From Myxococcota bacterium (GTDB lineage: Bacteria; Myxococcota_A; Polyangia; Polyangiales; Sandaracinaceae), in assembly GCA_036149055.1 (NCBI GenBank), contig JAYZQJ010000031.1, positions 15,661 through 79,660 on the forward strand: 64,000 bases of DNA, given 5' to 3'. How positions within the stretch are numbered: the first letter of the stretch is position 1; every line of letters starts with the position of its first letter. The notes beneath the pieces are model-generated. The model did not search any database and was not told where the DNA came from. It was given only the letters and a program-made list of their open reading frames with translations. This document shows positions 19,283-29,702 of the stretch, piece by piece. A program made the translations under genes and the position numbers.

Positions 19283-21031
19283 TTGTTCAACAAGTACTAC
19301 CAGAGTGAGCTGAGCTATCTCCGCGAGCTCGGCCGGGAATTCTCCGAAGCGAATCCGTCGCTCGCCGGCCTGTTCGCCGAGCAAGGGGGCGACCCCGACG
19401 TCGACCGCCTGCTCGAGGGCTTCGCCTTCCTGACCGCGCGCATCCGCGAGCGGATGGAGGACGCGGTCCCCGAGGTCGTGGACGCCCTCGCCGAGATGGT
19501 CGTGCCGCAGTACACGCGCACGCTCCCGGCCTGCTCGGTCGTCGAGTTCACCCCGCAGCAGACCGCGCTCCGGGGGCGGCACCGCCTGCCCGCGGGCACG
19601 GAGGTCGGGGCGCGCCCGGTCGAGGGCACGACGTGCCTCTTCCGCACCACCGTCGACCTCGACCTGCTCCCGCTGAGCCTCACCGACTTCGCCTTCGATC
19701 ACTCGACCGAGGCGCACCCGGAGATCCGGCTCGGGTTCCGGTGCGCCCAGTCGGCGGAGGCCTTGCTCGGCGAGACCAAGCAGCTGCGGCTCTTCCTGCA
19801 CGGGCCGCTCGGCCTGACGACCACCGCCTATCTCTGGCTGCTGCGCCACCTCTCCGACGTCCAGTACAAGGGCTCGGACGGCTACACGCACTCCCTGGGC
19901 AGGGACGCCGTCCGCCCGGTGGGCGTGTCCCCCGAGCAGCCGATGTTGCCCTGGCCGGAGCTGGCGCCGGACGGCCTCCGCGTGATGCAGGAGTACTTCA
20001 CGCTCACGCAGAAGCTCCTCTTCATCGATGTCCACGGCCTCGACGAGATCCCCGCGGAGCACGCGACCGATCAGTTCGTGTTGACGTTCCGCTTCGACCG
20101 ACCGCCGAAGCTGCCCGAGCGCCTCGACAAGGACAACTTCCGGCTCCACTGCGTCCCGGTCGTCAACCTCTTCGACATCACCGCCGATCCGATCGCGCGG
20201 GACCACCGCCACCACGAGTACCTCGTGCGGGCGAGCGGCGTGAACCCGCTCCACATGGAGGTCTACGACGTCCAGCAGGTGACCGGCCTGCTCGCGAACC
20301 GGCGGGGGCGGCGCAACTACACGCCCTTCTACGGCTTCCAGCACGTCATGAAGAAGAAGGGCGAGCAGGCCTTCTTCCTCACGCGGCGCGCGCGCTCGCC
20401 GATCGACGACGGGCTCGACACCTACCTGACGGTGCTGACCCCGGCCGACGTGGAGCCGGACTTCGAGGAGGAGACGCTCAGCATCGACCTCACCTGCACC
20501 AACCGCCTGCTCCCCGCGGAGCTGCGCGCGGGTGACATCTCGGTGCCGACGCCGCGCTCGCCGACGATCGCGCGCTTCAAGAACATCACCCAGGTGACCC
20601 GCCCGGTGCGCCCCCCGATCGGCGGCGAGCTGCACTGGCGGCTGGTGGCGCACCTCGCGCTCAACGTGCGCACCCTCGCGAACGTCGAGTCGCTCCAGTC
20701 GCTGCTCAGCCTCTACAACTTCCACGAGGACGCCGATCAGCAGCTCGGGCGCCAGAACCGCCTCCGGGTCGAGTCCATCCGCGACGTCGAGGTCCGCGCC
20801 GCCCGCCGGCTGATCGATCGGGTGCCGGTCCGGGGCCAGCACACCACCATCGAGGTCGATCAGGCCGCGTTCGCGTCGGAGGGCGACGTCTTCGCCTTCG
20901 GGAGCGCGCTCGACTGGCTGTTCGCGAGCGAGACCCCGCTCAACTCGTTCCACCAGCTGTCGGTCCGGCTGCACCCCTCCGGGACGCAGATGGACTGGCG
21001 CCCGCGCACGGGCACGCACCCGATCTTCTGA
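19283..21031 (+). CDS. tssF: T6SS baseplate subunit TssF
   Basis: YYQSELSYLRELGREF, DPDVDRLLEGFAFL, LHCVPVVNLF, CTNRLLP, NSFHQL. Confidence 0.97.
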   Translation: MFNKYYQSELSYLRELGREFSEANPSLAGLFAEQGGDPDVDRLLEGFAFLTARIRERMEDAVPEVVDALAEMVVPQYTRTLPACSVVEFTPQQTALRGRHRLPAGTEVGARPVEGTTCLFRTTVDLDLLPLSLTDFAFDHSTEAHPEIRLGFRCAQSAEALLGETKQLRLFLHGPLGLTTTAYLWLLRHLSDVQYKGSDGYTHSLGRDAVRPVGVSPEQPMLPWPELAPDGLRVMQEYFTLTQKLLFIDVHGLDEIPAEHATDQFVLTFRFDRPPKLPERLDKDNFRLHCVPVVNLFDITADPIARDHRHHEYLVRASGVNPLHMEVYDVQQVTGLLANRRGRRNYTPFYGFQHVMKKKGEQAFFLTRRARSPIDDGLDTYLTVLTPADVEPDFEEETLSIDLTCTNRLLPAELRAGDISVPTPRSPTIARFKNITQVTRPVRPPIGGELHWRLVAHLALNVRTLANVESLQSLLSLYNFHEDADQQLGRQNRLRVESIRDVEVRAARRLIDRVPVRGQHTTIEVDQAAFASEGDVFAFGSALDWLFASETPLNSFHQLSVRLHPSGTQMDWRPRTGTHPIF

Positions 21032-22188
21032 TGGCGTCCACCGGCGAGACCACCCCCGAGCCGAGCCCCTCCGAGCTGCCGCCGGAGCCGATCCGCGCCC
21101 TGGAGGAGCTCGCCGCGCCGGTGCTGAAGGCGGCGCCGCACTCGACGTTCTTCCACATCGTGGCCCTGCTCGAGCGGCTCACCACCGCCGCGGCCCGGGT
21201 GGGAGGAGACGGGCCGCCGTCCGAGGAGCAGATCCGCTTCCGGCACGACTACGACCTGGGCTTCAGCGCCGGCGACATCACGCGCGTGCTCGTCCGGCCC
21301 CTGCCCACCGGCCCGGAGCGCTCGCTCGAGGCGCCGAAGCCGGTGTTCGAGGTCACGACGACCTTCCTGGGGCTCACCGGGATCGTCTCCCCCCTGCCGC
21401 TCTACATCGCGGAGGAGGTCCTCTTCGAGGAGGGCGAGAACCCCGTCCGGCGGGACTTCCTCGACATCTTCCATCACCGGCTCATCTCGCTCCTCTACCG
21501 CTCGGTCTCGAAGTACATGCCGGCGCGGGAGCACCTGAGCCACCGCTCGGACGCGTGGATGCGTCGGGCGCTGACGCTCACCGGGCTCGATCCCGAGATC
21601 CAGACCCGCGGCATGCGGGTGCATCCGTCGAAGCTGGTCCGGCTCGCGCCGCTCCTGGCCGGGCGCGGGCGAGGGCCCCGGGTTCTGACCCTGGCGCTCC
21701 GCGAGGTGCTGTCCGAGGCCCTCGAGCCCGACGGCACCGTGCACATCGAGGAGTTCGCGGGCGGCTGGATCGAGGTCGACGAGGCGCAGCGCATGGCCCT
21801 CGGCGAGCGCAACGCGTATCTCGGGGTCGAGGCGATCCTGGGCAAGCGCGCGTACGACCAGAGCGGCCGCTTCTGCGTGAAGATCGGCCCCCTGCACCGC
21901 GACAACTATCACCGCTTCCTGCGCGACGGCGACATGTTGCCGTTGGTCAAGGACGTGGTCGAGCTGTGCTCGCGGGAGTCGCTCGACTTCGACGTGGAGC
22001 TGCACCTCGCCGCCGACGCGGTGCCGTCGTTCAACCTGACCTCGGGCGAGGGCGGCGCGACCCTGGGCCGCGACACGCGCCTGCGGGGCGCCACCCGCGC
22101 GGCCGAGGTGATGACGATCTCGGACGTCGGCAACATGGAGTTCGACGACGAGCCGGACGAAGCGCCGGTCGAAGACGCCGCGGAGTGA
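21031..22188 (+). CDS. tssG: T6SS baseplate subunit TssG
   Basis: TFLGLTGIVSPLPLY, DFLDIFHHRLISLLYR; overlaps the tssF stop codon. Confidence 0.95.
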   Translation: MASTGETTPEPSPSELPPEPIRALEELAAPVLKAAPHSTFFHIVALLERLTTAAARVGGDGPPSEEQIRFRHDYDLGFSAGDITRVLVRPLPTGPERSLEAPKPVFEVTTTFLGLTGIVSPLPLYIAEEVLFEEGENPVRRDFLDIFHHRLISLLYRSVSKYMPAREHLSHRSDAWMRRALTLTGLDPEIQTRGMRVHPSKLVRLAPLLAGRGRGPRVLTLALREVLSEALEPDGTVHIEEFAGGWIEVDEAQRMALGERNAYLGVEAILGKRAYDQSGRFCVKIGPLHRDNYHRFLRDGDMLPLVKDVVELCSRESLDFDVELHLAADAVPSFNLTSGEGGATLGRDTRLRGATRAAEVMTISDVGNMEFDDEPDEAPVEDAAE

Positions 22189-22258
22189 CGCCGGGGTTTA
22201 TCTGCCTCGTCAGCCCGCGTATGCTCGCGCACCAGATTCCAGCGTGGAGGGGAGAGAC

Positions 22259-24955
22259 GTGTCCGTACAGCCGAAGACGCTCGTGAACCGGATGACGCCG
22301 ACAGCTCGGCAGATGCTCGAGGCCGCCATCGGGCGCGCCGCCAGCTCCGGGCACTACGAGGTGACCATCGAGCACTTCCTCGCTCAGATGGTCGACCCCG
22401 ACGACGGTGACGTCGCCGCGATCTACCAGCACTTCGGCAAGAACCGGAAGCCGCTGCAGAACCGCGTCGAGAAGCTCATCCAGCACATGAAGACGGGCAA
22501 CTCGTCTCGTCCGGTGTTCAGCGGCTCGCTCTGGAAGTGGATCCAGGACGGCTGGGTCTACGGCTCGCTCGAGTACGGCGCCGGGCTCATCCGCACCGGC
22601 CACCTCTTCTACACGCTCATCCGTCACCCCGGCCGCTACATCGGCGAGGTGCTCCCCGAGCTCGAGGACTTCTCGCTCGAGGAGCTCGAGAAGGACCTCG
22701 ACGACGCGCTCAGCGTGACCCGCGAGGAGTTCGAGGCCGGCGCGGTCCAGAGCGCGGGCGGCGGCGGCGGCGCGGCGGGCGCCGAGGGAGGCCCGGCCCC
22801 CCGCAAGGGCGAGGGCGCGCTCGACCGCTTCTGCACCAACTTCACCGAGGAGGTCCGCCAGGGCCGCCTCGATCCGATCTTCGGCCGGCACCGCGAGATC
22901 CGGCAGTGCGTCGACATCCTCAGCCGGCGCCGCAAGAACAACCCGATCATCGTCGGCGAGCCCGGCGTCGGGAAGACGGCGCTCGCGGAGGGCCTCGCCC
23001 ACGCGATCGTCGCCGGCGACGTGCCCAAGCACATCGCCCGCTGCGAGCTGATGGCGCTCGACCTCGGCGCGCTGCAGGCCGGCGCGGCGATGAAGGGCGA
23101 GTTCGAGAACCGCCTGAAGGCGGTCATCAACGAGGTGAAGGGCTCCGAGAAGCCGATCATCCTCTTCATCGACGAGGCGCACACGCTCATCGGCGCGGGC
23201 GGTCAGAAGGGCGGCGGCGACGCGGCCAACCTGCTCAAGCCGGCGCTGGCCCGGGGCGAGCTCCGCACCATCGCCGCCACCACGTGGGCCGAGTACAAGC
23301 AGTACTTCGAGAAGGACGCGGCCCTCGAGCGTCGCTTCCAGCCCGTCAAGGTCGACGAGCCGAGCGAGGAGAACGCGATCGTCATGCTGCGCGGCCTGCG
23401 CGAGCTCTACGAGAAGAGCCACAAGGTCCGCATCAAGGACGAGGCGATCGTCGCCGCGGTCGAGCTCTCGAACCGCTACATCGCCGGGCGCCTGCTGCCC
23501 GACAAGGCGGTCGACCTCCTCGACACCACCGCGGCGCGCGTCCGCGTCGGCCGGCAGACCAAGCCCGAGGCCCTGATCGACCTCGAGGCGGAGATCGCGG
23601 CGCTCGAGCGCGCGACCCAGGCGATCCAGCGCGACGTCGAGCAGGGCGAGGAGAAGCGCCGCGAAGAGCTCGAGGAGAGCCTGCGGCAGCTCGAGGCCAA
23701 GAAGGTGCTGCGCCAGGAGGTGCACGACCGCTGGCAGACCGAGCTGGCCGAGGTCGAGGCGATCCTCCGCGAGCGCGGCGAGCTCGAGGACGAGGAGGAG
23801 GGCGCGGAGGCGGACGGCGAGGAGAAGCCGGCCGAGGACGCGGTGAGCGAGACCGCGAAGGCCGAGCCGGCCCCGGTCGAGGAGAGCGCCGAGCCGTCCA
23901 AGAGCAACGGCGCCGGAGACCACGAGAAGCTGATCCACGTCGACGTCGACGCCGACGCGGTCGCCCACACCGTCTCGGTGTGGACCGGCGTGCCCCTCGG
24001 CAAGATGCAGCGCGACGCGGTCGGCAACGTGCTCGCCCTCGAGGAGAAGCTCCGCGAGCGCGTGAAGGGCCAGGAGCCGGCGGTCGAGGCGATCTCGCAG
24101 GCGTGCCGCATGGCCTTCGCCGGCGTGCGCAACCCGGACGCGCCGGTCGGCGTCTTCCTCTTCGTCGGCCCGTCCGGCGTCGGCAAGACGGAGACCGCGC
24201 TCGCGCTGGCCGACGAGCTCTACGGCGGAGAGCGCTTCGTCACCCAGATCAACATGAGCGAGTACCAGGACAAGAGCGCGATCTCGGGCCTCATCGGCTC
24301 GCGCGCCGGCCTGGTCGGCTACGGCGAGGGCGGCATCCTCACCAACTCGGTGCGGCAGCGGCCCTACTCGGTCGTGCTCCTCGACGAGTGCGAGAAGGCC
24401 GACCCCGAGGTGCTCAACCTCTTCTACCAGGTGTTCGACAAGGGCGAGATGAACGACTCCGAGGGTCGTCTCATCAACTTCCGCAACACGATCTGCATCC
24501 TGACCAGCAACCTGGCCACGGACGAGATCATGAAGGCCTACGAGGGCGACGAGGTCCCCGAGGTCAGCGAAGTGGTGGCGCAGATCCGGCCGATCCTGAG
24601 CAAGTGGTTCAAGCCGGCGCTCCTCGCGCGCATGACGATCGTGCCCTACCGCCCGATCGACCCCGAGACGATGAAGATGATCGCGGGGCTCAAGCTGAAC
24701 CGGCTCGTCCGGCGCATCCGCGACTCGCACGGCATCGAGACGACCTTCGATCAGGATCTCGTCGAGGAGCTGGCGAAGCGCTGCACCGAGAGCGAGACCG
24801 GCGCCCGAAACGTCGACCACATCCTCCGCAGCACGCTGACGCCGATGATCGCCCAGGGCCTCCTGGAGCGCATGGCCGACGGCGAGGAGCCCTCCGGGAT
24901 CGAGGTCTCGATCGCGCCGAGCGGCGAGTGGCGCGTCGACGTCGACGTCGCCTGA
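22259..24955 (+). CDS. tssH: T6SS AAA+ ATPase ClpV
   Basis: Two Walker A motifs ([16 protein letters not shown]), [18 protein letters not shown] start at 22259 after a GGAGG ribosome-binding site. Confidence 0.96.
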   Translation: MSVQPKTLVNRMTPTARQMLEAAIGRAASSGHYEVTIEHFLAQMVDPDDGDVAAIYQHFGKNRKPLQNRVEKLIQHMKTGNSSRPVFSGSLWKWIQDGWVYGSLEYGAGLIRTGHLFYTLIRHPGRYIGEVLPELEDFSLEELEKDLDDALSVTREEFEAGAVQSAGGGGGAAGAEGGPAPRKGEGALDRFCTNFTEEVRQGRLDPIFGRHREIRQCVDILSRRRKNNPIIVGEPGVGKTALAEGLAHAIVAGDVPKHIARCELMALDLGALQAGAAMKGEFENRLKAVINEVKGSEKPIILFIDEAHTLIGAGGQKGGGDAANLLKPALARGELRTIAATTWAEYKQYFEKDAALERRFQPVKVDEPSEENAIVMLRGLRELYEKSHKVRIKDEAIVAAVELSNRYIAGRLLPDKAVDLLDTTAARVRVGRQTKPEALIDLEAEIAALERATQAIQRDVEQGEEKRREELEESLRQLEAKKVLRQEVHDRWQTELAEVEAILRERGELEDEEEGAEADGEEKPAEDAVSETAKAEPAPVEESAEPSKSNGAGDHEKLIHVDVDADAVAHTVSVWTGVPLGKMQRDAVGNVLALEEKLRERVKGQEPAVEAISQACRMAFAGVRNPDAPVGVFLFVGPSGVGKTETALALADELYGGERFVTQINMSEYQDKSAISGLIGSRAGLVGYGEGGILTNSVRQRPYSVVLLDECEKADPEVLNLFYQVFDKGEMNDSEGRLINFRNTICILTSNLATDEIMKAYEGDEVPEVSEVVAQIRPILSKWFKPALLARMTIVPYRPIDPETMKMIAGLKLNRLVRRIRDSHGIETTFDQDLVEELAKRCTESETGARNVDHILRSTLTPMIAQGLLERMADGEEPSGIEVSIAPSGEWRVDVDVA

Positions 24956-25048
24956 CCGTGGACGGCAGGGGGTCCTTGCGGCCCCCGATTCCGCGTGAGA
25001 GGATGCCGACTCCCACGGGAAAACCCCAAGGATTTCCGACGGAACCTC

Positions 25049-26452
25049 ATGCTTCCGCTGCTCGTCCGCATCACGAACACGCAGACCGGTGAGACCGAGC
25101 ACTCCGCCTTTCCGAGCTCACCGGTTCGGATCGGGCGGAACCAGCTCAACGAGCTCGTGCTGAACGAGCCGTTCGTGTCGCAGTGGCACGCCGTCGTCCG
25201 CTTCGACGAGCACAAGGTCCGGTACGTCGATCTCGGCTCGACGAACGGCACGATGCTCAACGGGCGGCGGCTCGCGCGGCACATGCAGGTGGAGATCGAC
25301 CCGCAGTCCGATCTGCGCATCGGGCCGATCCAGCTCGCGTTCGCGCGGGCCCAGGTGACGCCCGACATGTACGCGGCGCCGCGGACGACGATCTTCAACC
25401 TCAACACCCTCGGCGGCGGCGGCGGCGACGGGATGAACGCGACGATGGCGTTCAACCCCAACGAGCCGGCCACCGAGCAGCAGAACACCCTCTTCATGCC
25501 GCAGGGGGTCCCGCCGGGCGCGGCCCCTCAGCAGCCAGCCGCGGGCGCCGCCGTCGACATGCAGCGGCTGCTCGCGATCACCGAGGCCGCGAAGCCGTTC
25601 TATCAGCAGTACCGGAGCGCGTGGGCGCAGGTGCTCTCGGCCCTGAAGCGACAGCTCGAGGCGGCCCCCGGCCCCCAGCGCGCCGGGCTCGTGCTCTCCC
25701 TCTGCCAGCAGTTCCCCCAGCTCGCCAAGGAGCCGGAGTTCCGACAGCTCGCCGACAGCCTCGGCGTGGACCCGGCCGCCCTCGGCGAGGTCGACGCCAG
25801 CGCGTGGATCGAGCGCCTCGGCGGCTCCAAGCCCCCGGCTGGCCAGCAGATCAACACCGCCCTCGCGATGGAGCGGGTCGGCGCGATCCTCGAGAGCTAC
25901 AGCCAGGCCTTCGTGGAGTTGCGCAAGGGCTACGAGCAGTTCGGCGAGGAGATGGCGCTCCAGCTCGTGCAGGAGCGGACCCCGCTGCGCGACGCCCAGA
26001 GCGGGCAGGAGGTGCTCGACTACCTCCTCGACTGGAGCACCGACGGCGGCGAGCGGGTGCGGGAGCTGACCCGCGCCTTCGCCGACCTCGCCCTGCACCA
26101 GGTGGCGCTCCTCAGCGGGGTGATGGAGGGCGTGCGCAGCCTGCTCTCGTCGGTGTCGCCGCAGCAGCTGAGCGGCCAGAAGAACTACGCGCTCGCCAGG
26201 AGCGGCGGCGGCGGGCTCCTCGAGGGCATCTTCAACGGCAAGAAGGCGAGCCTGTGGAAGGCCTTCGCCGACGCCCACCAGCGCCTGACCGAAGAGGACC
26301 GGTTCAGCCGCGAGGTCTTCGGCCGCAACTTCGCCCGCGCGTACTTCATGGTCACGGGCGGACACATGCAGGGCCAGGACGGGAGCCAGCCGGGACAGAC
26401 CGGACAGCAGCCCACGTACGGCCACCCGCACACCTCTCCCTACAACCAGTAG
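25049..26452 (+). CDS. tagH: T6SS-associated FHA protein (TagH/Fha)
   Basis: Intact FHA (IGR..VSQWH..STNGT) plus TagH-like C-terminus ADLALHQVALLSG...LW...FGRNFARAY. Confidence 0.88.
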   Translation: MLPLLVRITNTQTGETEHSAFPSSPVRIGRNQLNELVLNEPFVSQWHAVVRFDEHKVRYVDLGSTNGTMLNGRRLARHMQVEIDPQSDLRIGPIQLAFARAQVTPDMYAAPRTTIFNLNTLGGGGGDGMNATMAFNPNEPATEQQNTLFMPQGVPPGAAPQQPAAGAAVDMQRLLAITEAAKPFYQQYRSAWAQVLSALKRQLEAAPGPQRAGLVLSLCQQFPQLAKEPEFRQLADSLGVDPAALGEVDASAWIERLGGSKPPAGQQINTALAMERVGAILESYSQAFVELRKGYEQFGEEMALQLVQERTPLRDAQSGQEVLDYLLDWSTDGGERVRELTRAFADLALHQVALLSGVMEGVRSLLSSVSPQQLSGQKNYALARSGGGGLLEGIFNGKKASLWKAFADAHQRLTEEDRFSREVFGRNFARAYFMVTGGHMQGQDGSQPGQTGQQPTYGHPHTSPYNQ

Positions 26453-26533
26453 GACCGTCCGCGTTCGGCGACCGTGGCGGTCGTGGACGCACTTTCTTCC
26501 TCCCGGGTGCGGTGGCTGGGTAGACTCCGCACC

Positions 26534-27583
26534 ATGTCTCGTCTCCGTCTCGACCACCTCCTGGCGCCGGGGCTCATCGCCGCGGGCGCGGCCTTCGTCG
26601 CCTTCGCCTGCGGCGGGAGCGATACGCCGGAGGATCCGCCCCCGGTCTGCTACCTCTCGCACCCCATCCCCGACGGCGGGATGATGCGCAACCTCGACTC
26701 GAACGAGTGGGCCGACCTGGTCGTGCGCGGCTACCGCGAGGGTGCGTCGAGCAACCAGAACTGCGTGGGTGACGCCATCCAGTGGCGCCCCACCGACCGC
26801 GCCTGTCAGGTCCACGAGCCCGACGACGAGCGCCCGCCGCAGGCGGCCGAGCTGACCGAGGAGTCGGTGGTCATCGGCCGCAGCGACTCCGTCTCGGTGA
26901 AGCCGGTGTGGGTGATCACGCACCGCTTCGAGGACGGCGACGGCTTCGGCCCGGTCGCGCTCACCGAGCGCACCGCGGAGGGCGTCGCGGTCCGCGCGAT
27001 CGGGACCCTGCGCATGCCGACCGACCGCGCCCGGCTCCGGCTCCGCGAGACCGGCGGTCAGCAGATCGTCGTCGCGGACGGCGAGCGCTGCCCGGAGGAG
27101 GACGAGGACGCGAGCGACGCGCCCACCAACGTGGAGTCCGAGGAGGGCGCCGCCGAGGAGGAGGAGCCGACGTGCATCCGCTACGCCCGCGTGCTGCCGG
27201 TGGTCGGCGACCAGCTGATGAGCCCCGAGCTCCGGACGCGCGAAGGCCAGTGCCTCGGACCCGCGCAGATCTACCTGTCGCGCGAGCAGACGGTCGCGCT
27301 CGAGAACGGCTGGGAGCGCACCTTCCAGCTCGCGGCGTCGATGGAGTACCGCGGCGGCGCGATCATCGTGCACGAGCAGGTCGTCGCCGAGGACCGCGAC
27401 CCGCGCGACCCGGGCCGCCCGGCCCGACTCTTCCGCACCACCGACGCCGATCGGGTGGTCCACCTCCGCCGCGGCGGCATGCGCAGCGAGGGCATCCCCC
27501 TCTTCGAGCGCGCCATTCGCGCGGACGGATCGACCCAGCTCCCGGTCGGCGAGTCCGACCGCGACGCCCAAGCTCGGAATTGA
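26534..27583 (+). CDS. Hypothetical lipoprotein inside the T6SS cluster
   Basis: Signal peptide ending AFA-C; several Cys residues; no family recognised. Confidence 0.7.
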   Translation: MSRLRLDHLLAPGLIAAGAAFVAFACGGSDTPEDPPPVCYLSHPIPDGGMMRNLDSNEWADLVVRGYREGASSNQNCVGDAIQWRPTDRACQVHEPDDERPPQAAELTEESVVIGRSDSVSVKPVWVITHRFEDGDGFGPVALTERTAEGVAVRAIGTLRMPTDRARLRLRETGGQQIVVADGERCPEEDEDASDAPTNVESEEGAAEEEEPTCIRYARVLPVVGDQLMSPELRTREGQCLGPAQIYLSREQTVALENGWERTFQLAASMEYRGGAIIVHEQVVAEDRDPRDPGRPARLFRTTDADRVVHLRRGGMRSEGIPLFERAIRADGSTQLPVGESDRDAQARN

Positions 27584-27657
27584 TCGCGCCCCGATTGCGA
27601 TCGGGGGCGTGATCGGGGAACAATCCGGCCACCTTTCTCGAACGCAGGGGAGCGAGC

Positions 27658-29442
27658 GTGGCTGGCGAACAGGAAGATCGGGGCGGAGCACAGGTACATT
27701 GGCTGGTCGCGGGGCGCTTCGGGCTCGGCGAGCGCGGTAAGACGCTCTCGTTGACGCGGGCGGACTTCGACGACGCGCTGAAGAGCCGCGGCATCCAGGT
27801 CACCGCCGAGGTGCCGGACGCGGTGGGGGCCGGCGAGACCCGCAGCTACACGCTGAAGGTCGAGTCGCTCAAGAACCTGACGCTCAAGCACGTGGTCGGC
27901 GCGATCCCCGAGCTCACGGAGCTCGCCGCCAAGGCGGACCAGGTCGCCAAGCTGAAGGACCCCAGCGTGGACGGGCTCCGCGAGATCGTCGGCGAGGGCA
28001 AGCTCCTCGACGCGATGAAGGCGCTCGTCGCGCCCGAGGACGCGCCGAAGGCCGAGGGCGGCGACGCGACCGGGGACGCGGACGCGATCTTCGAGAAGGC
28101 GGAGGTCCAGAAGAAGAGCGCCAAGAGCGCGATCAGCATGTTCGTGAAGGCGACCTCGAGCGCCAAGCCGAAGTCCAAGCCGGTCTCGCGGCAGCTCCGC
28201 GATCTCGTGGAGGAGGTCGTCTGGGGCATCGCCGCCGACGTGCTCCGCAGCGACGAGGTGCGCGCGGTCGAGACCTCGTGGCGCGGGCTCCGGTTCCTGC
28301 TGACCGAGTGCCCGAAGGACGCGCAGATGGAGGTCATCCTCCTCGAGACCGACGCCGAGCACCTGGTGGAGGATCTCGCCGGTCGCGATCGCGGGGACGA
28401 CATCGACGAGCCGGACTGCATCTTCGTGCCGTTCGACTTCGAGACCACCGAGGGGCTGCGCGACGTGGCCGACCTCGCCGAGCAGGAGCTCATCCCGATC
28501 GTGGTGGGCGGCGCGCCGGCGCTCTTCGGGCAAGAGGAGCTGCAGCCGGTGCCGGACGCCTTCGACGCGCTCGAGAAGGCGCGCAACGAGGACCTCCCCG
28601 AGTGGGCCCGGGCGTGGGACGAGCTCCGCCTCGCGGAGTCCACCCGCTGGCTGGTGGTCGCGCTCAACCGGGTGGCGCTCCACGCCGAGGGCGCGGGCGT
28701 CGCGCAGCGCACCGTGTTCGGCTCGGGCGTCTGGGGCGTCGCGGCCATGCTCGCCGCGAGCTACCGGGCGACGGGCGGCTTCGCGCGCATCTTCGGCAAG
28801 GCGGGCTCCCTCCGCGCGCCGGCGAGCCACACCCTCGGCGCGGGCCGCTACGCGGACACCGCGGCGCCGACGGAGGCCTTCTACGCGATCCAGCCCTGCG
28901 AGCTGCTGGCGAAGAACGGCGTGCTCGGCGTGGGCAGCGCCCGGAACTCGGATCAGCTCGCGCTGATCAAGGCCTCCTGCGTGCGCGGCGCCGCCGACGC
29001 GGTGCCCCTCCCGGCGCAGATCCTCACCGGCCGGGTCGTGCGCTTCGCGAGCTGGGTCAAGGCGCAGCTCCCCGAGGGCTGCGACAGCAAGACGGCGAAC
29101 GACATCTTCGTCAGCGCCGCGAGCGTCTTCCTCTTCCCGGGCCAGGAGACCGCCGCCCACGTCCGCGCCGCGACCGTCAACATCGACGGCGAGGCCCACG
29201 TGATGATCCGCGCCGCCGCGAACCCCGCGATCGCGTCGGTGCCCTTCGAGATCGCCTTCCCGCTCCCCCTCGGGTGGAGCGTGCCCGCGCCCGAGGCCAG
29301 CGCCGAGGAGAGCGCGGCCCCGAAGCCGGACGCCGGGAGCGCGGCCGAGGTCAAGGGCGACGCGACCGCCGGCAAGAAGGACGGCGTCGGCCTGTCCGGC
29401 GCGAGCGTCGGCTTCGACGCCAGCCTCGGCAAGGACGACTGA
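27658..29442 (+). CDS. Divergent TssB-TssC fusion (sheath-like protein)
   Basis: The N-terminus aligns by eye with this window's TssB, and the remainder aligns collinearly with its TssC (e.g. VETSWRGLRFLL vs LESTWRGLKYLI). Confidence 0.8.
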   Translation: MAGEQEDRGGAQVHWLVAGRFGLGERGKTLSLTRADFDDALKSRGIQVTAEVPDAVGAGETRSYTLKVESLKNLTLKHVVGAIPELTELAAKADQVAKLKDPSVDGLREIVGEGKLLDAMKALVAPEDAPKAEGGDATGDADAIFEKAEVQKKSAKSAISMFVKATSSAKPKSKPVSRQLRDLVEEVVWGIAADVLRSDEVRAVETSWRGLRFLLTECPKDAQMEVILLETDAEHLVEDLAGRDRGDDIDEPDCIFVPFDFETTEGLRDVADLAEQELIPIVVGGAPALFGQEELQPVPDAFDALEKARNEDLPEWARAWDELRLAESTRWLVVALNRVALHAEGAGVAQRTVFGSGVWGVAAMLAASYRATGGFARIFGKAGSLRAPASHTLGAGRYADTAAPTEAFYAIQPCELLAKNGVLGVGSARNSDQLALIKASCVRGAADAVPLPAQILTGRVVRFASWVKAQLPEGCDSKTANDIFVSAASVFLFPGQETAAHVRAATVNIDGEAHVMIRAAANPAIASVPFEIAFPLPLGWSVPAPEASAEESAAPKPDAGSAAEVKGDATAGKKDGVGLSGASVGFDASLGKDD

Positions 29443-29513
29443 TCGAGCCTGGAGGGCGCAGAGGCCGCCCGACGCAGAGCCGTGGCCACCCCCCATCCCG
29501 GGGCCCCCCACGC

Positions 29514-29540
29514 CTTTGCGTCTTTGCGCCTTTGCGAGAG
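29514..29540. repeat. Octamer-triplet repeat unit at the right edge of the T6SS cluster
   Basis: ctttgcgtctttgcgcctttgcgagag. Confidence 0.7.
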
Positions 29541-29702
29541 TAATAAGAAGCCAAAAGCAGACGCCCCCAAGCCCATACCCCCTACGAAACAGCAAGGTCG
29601 GTGCCGTTAGTACGGAAAACGGGGACCCCCGGAGGGAAACCGTCGTAGCGGCCGTGTTCCGGCCGCCGGCGCCCTTCCCGCCGTTCTATGCTTTGGGGAG
29701 AG

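Noticed and set aside
1796..25102. Long antisense or alternative-frame ORFs (1796-5182, 5252-8110, 11384-15259, 11316-14699, 22031-25102)
   Set aside because: They overlap well-supported genes and have Arg/Gly/Ala-rich shadow composition
29541..29690. Possible riboswitch or ncRNA in the A-rich stretch before the PAS kinase (ctacga...tcgtag stem)
   Set aside because: No match to riboswitch or ribozyme consensus motifs I can recognise; more simply a promoter region. An Rfam search would settle it
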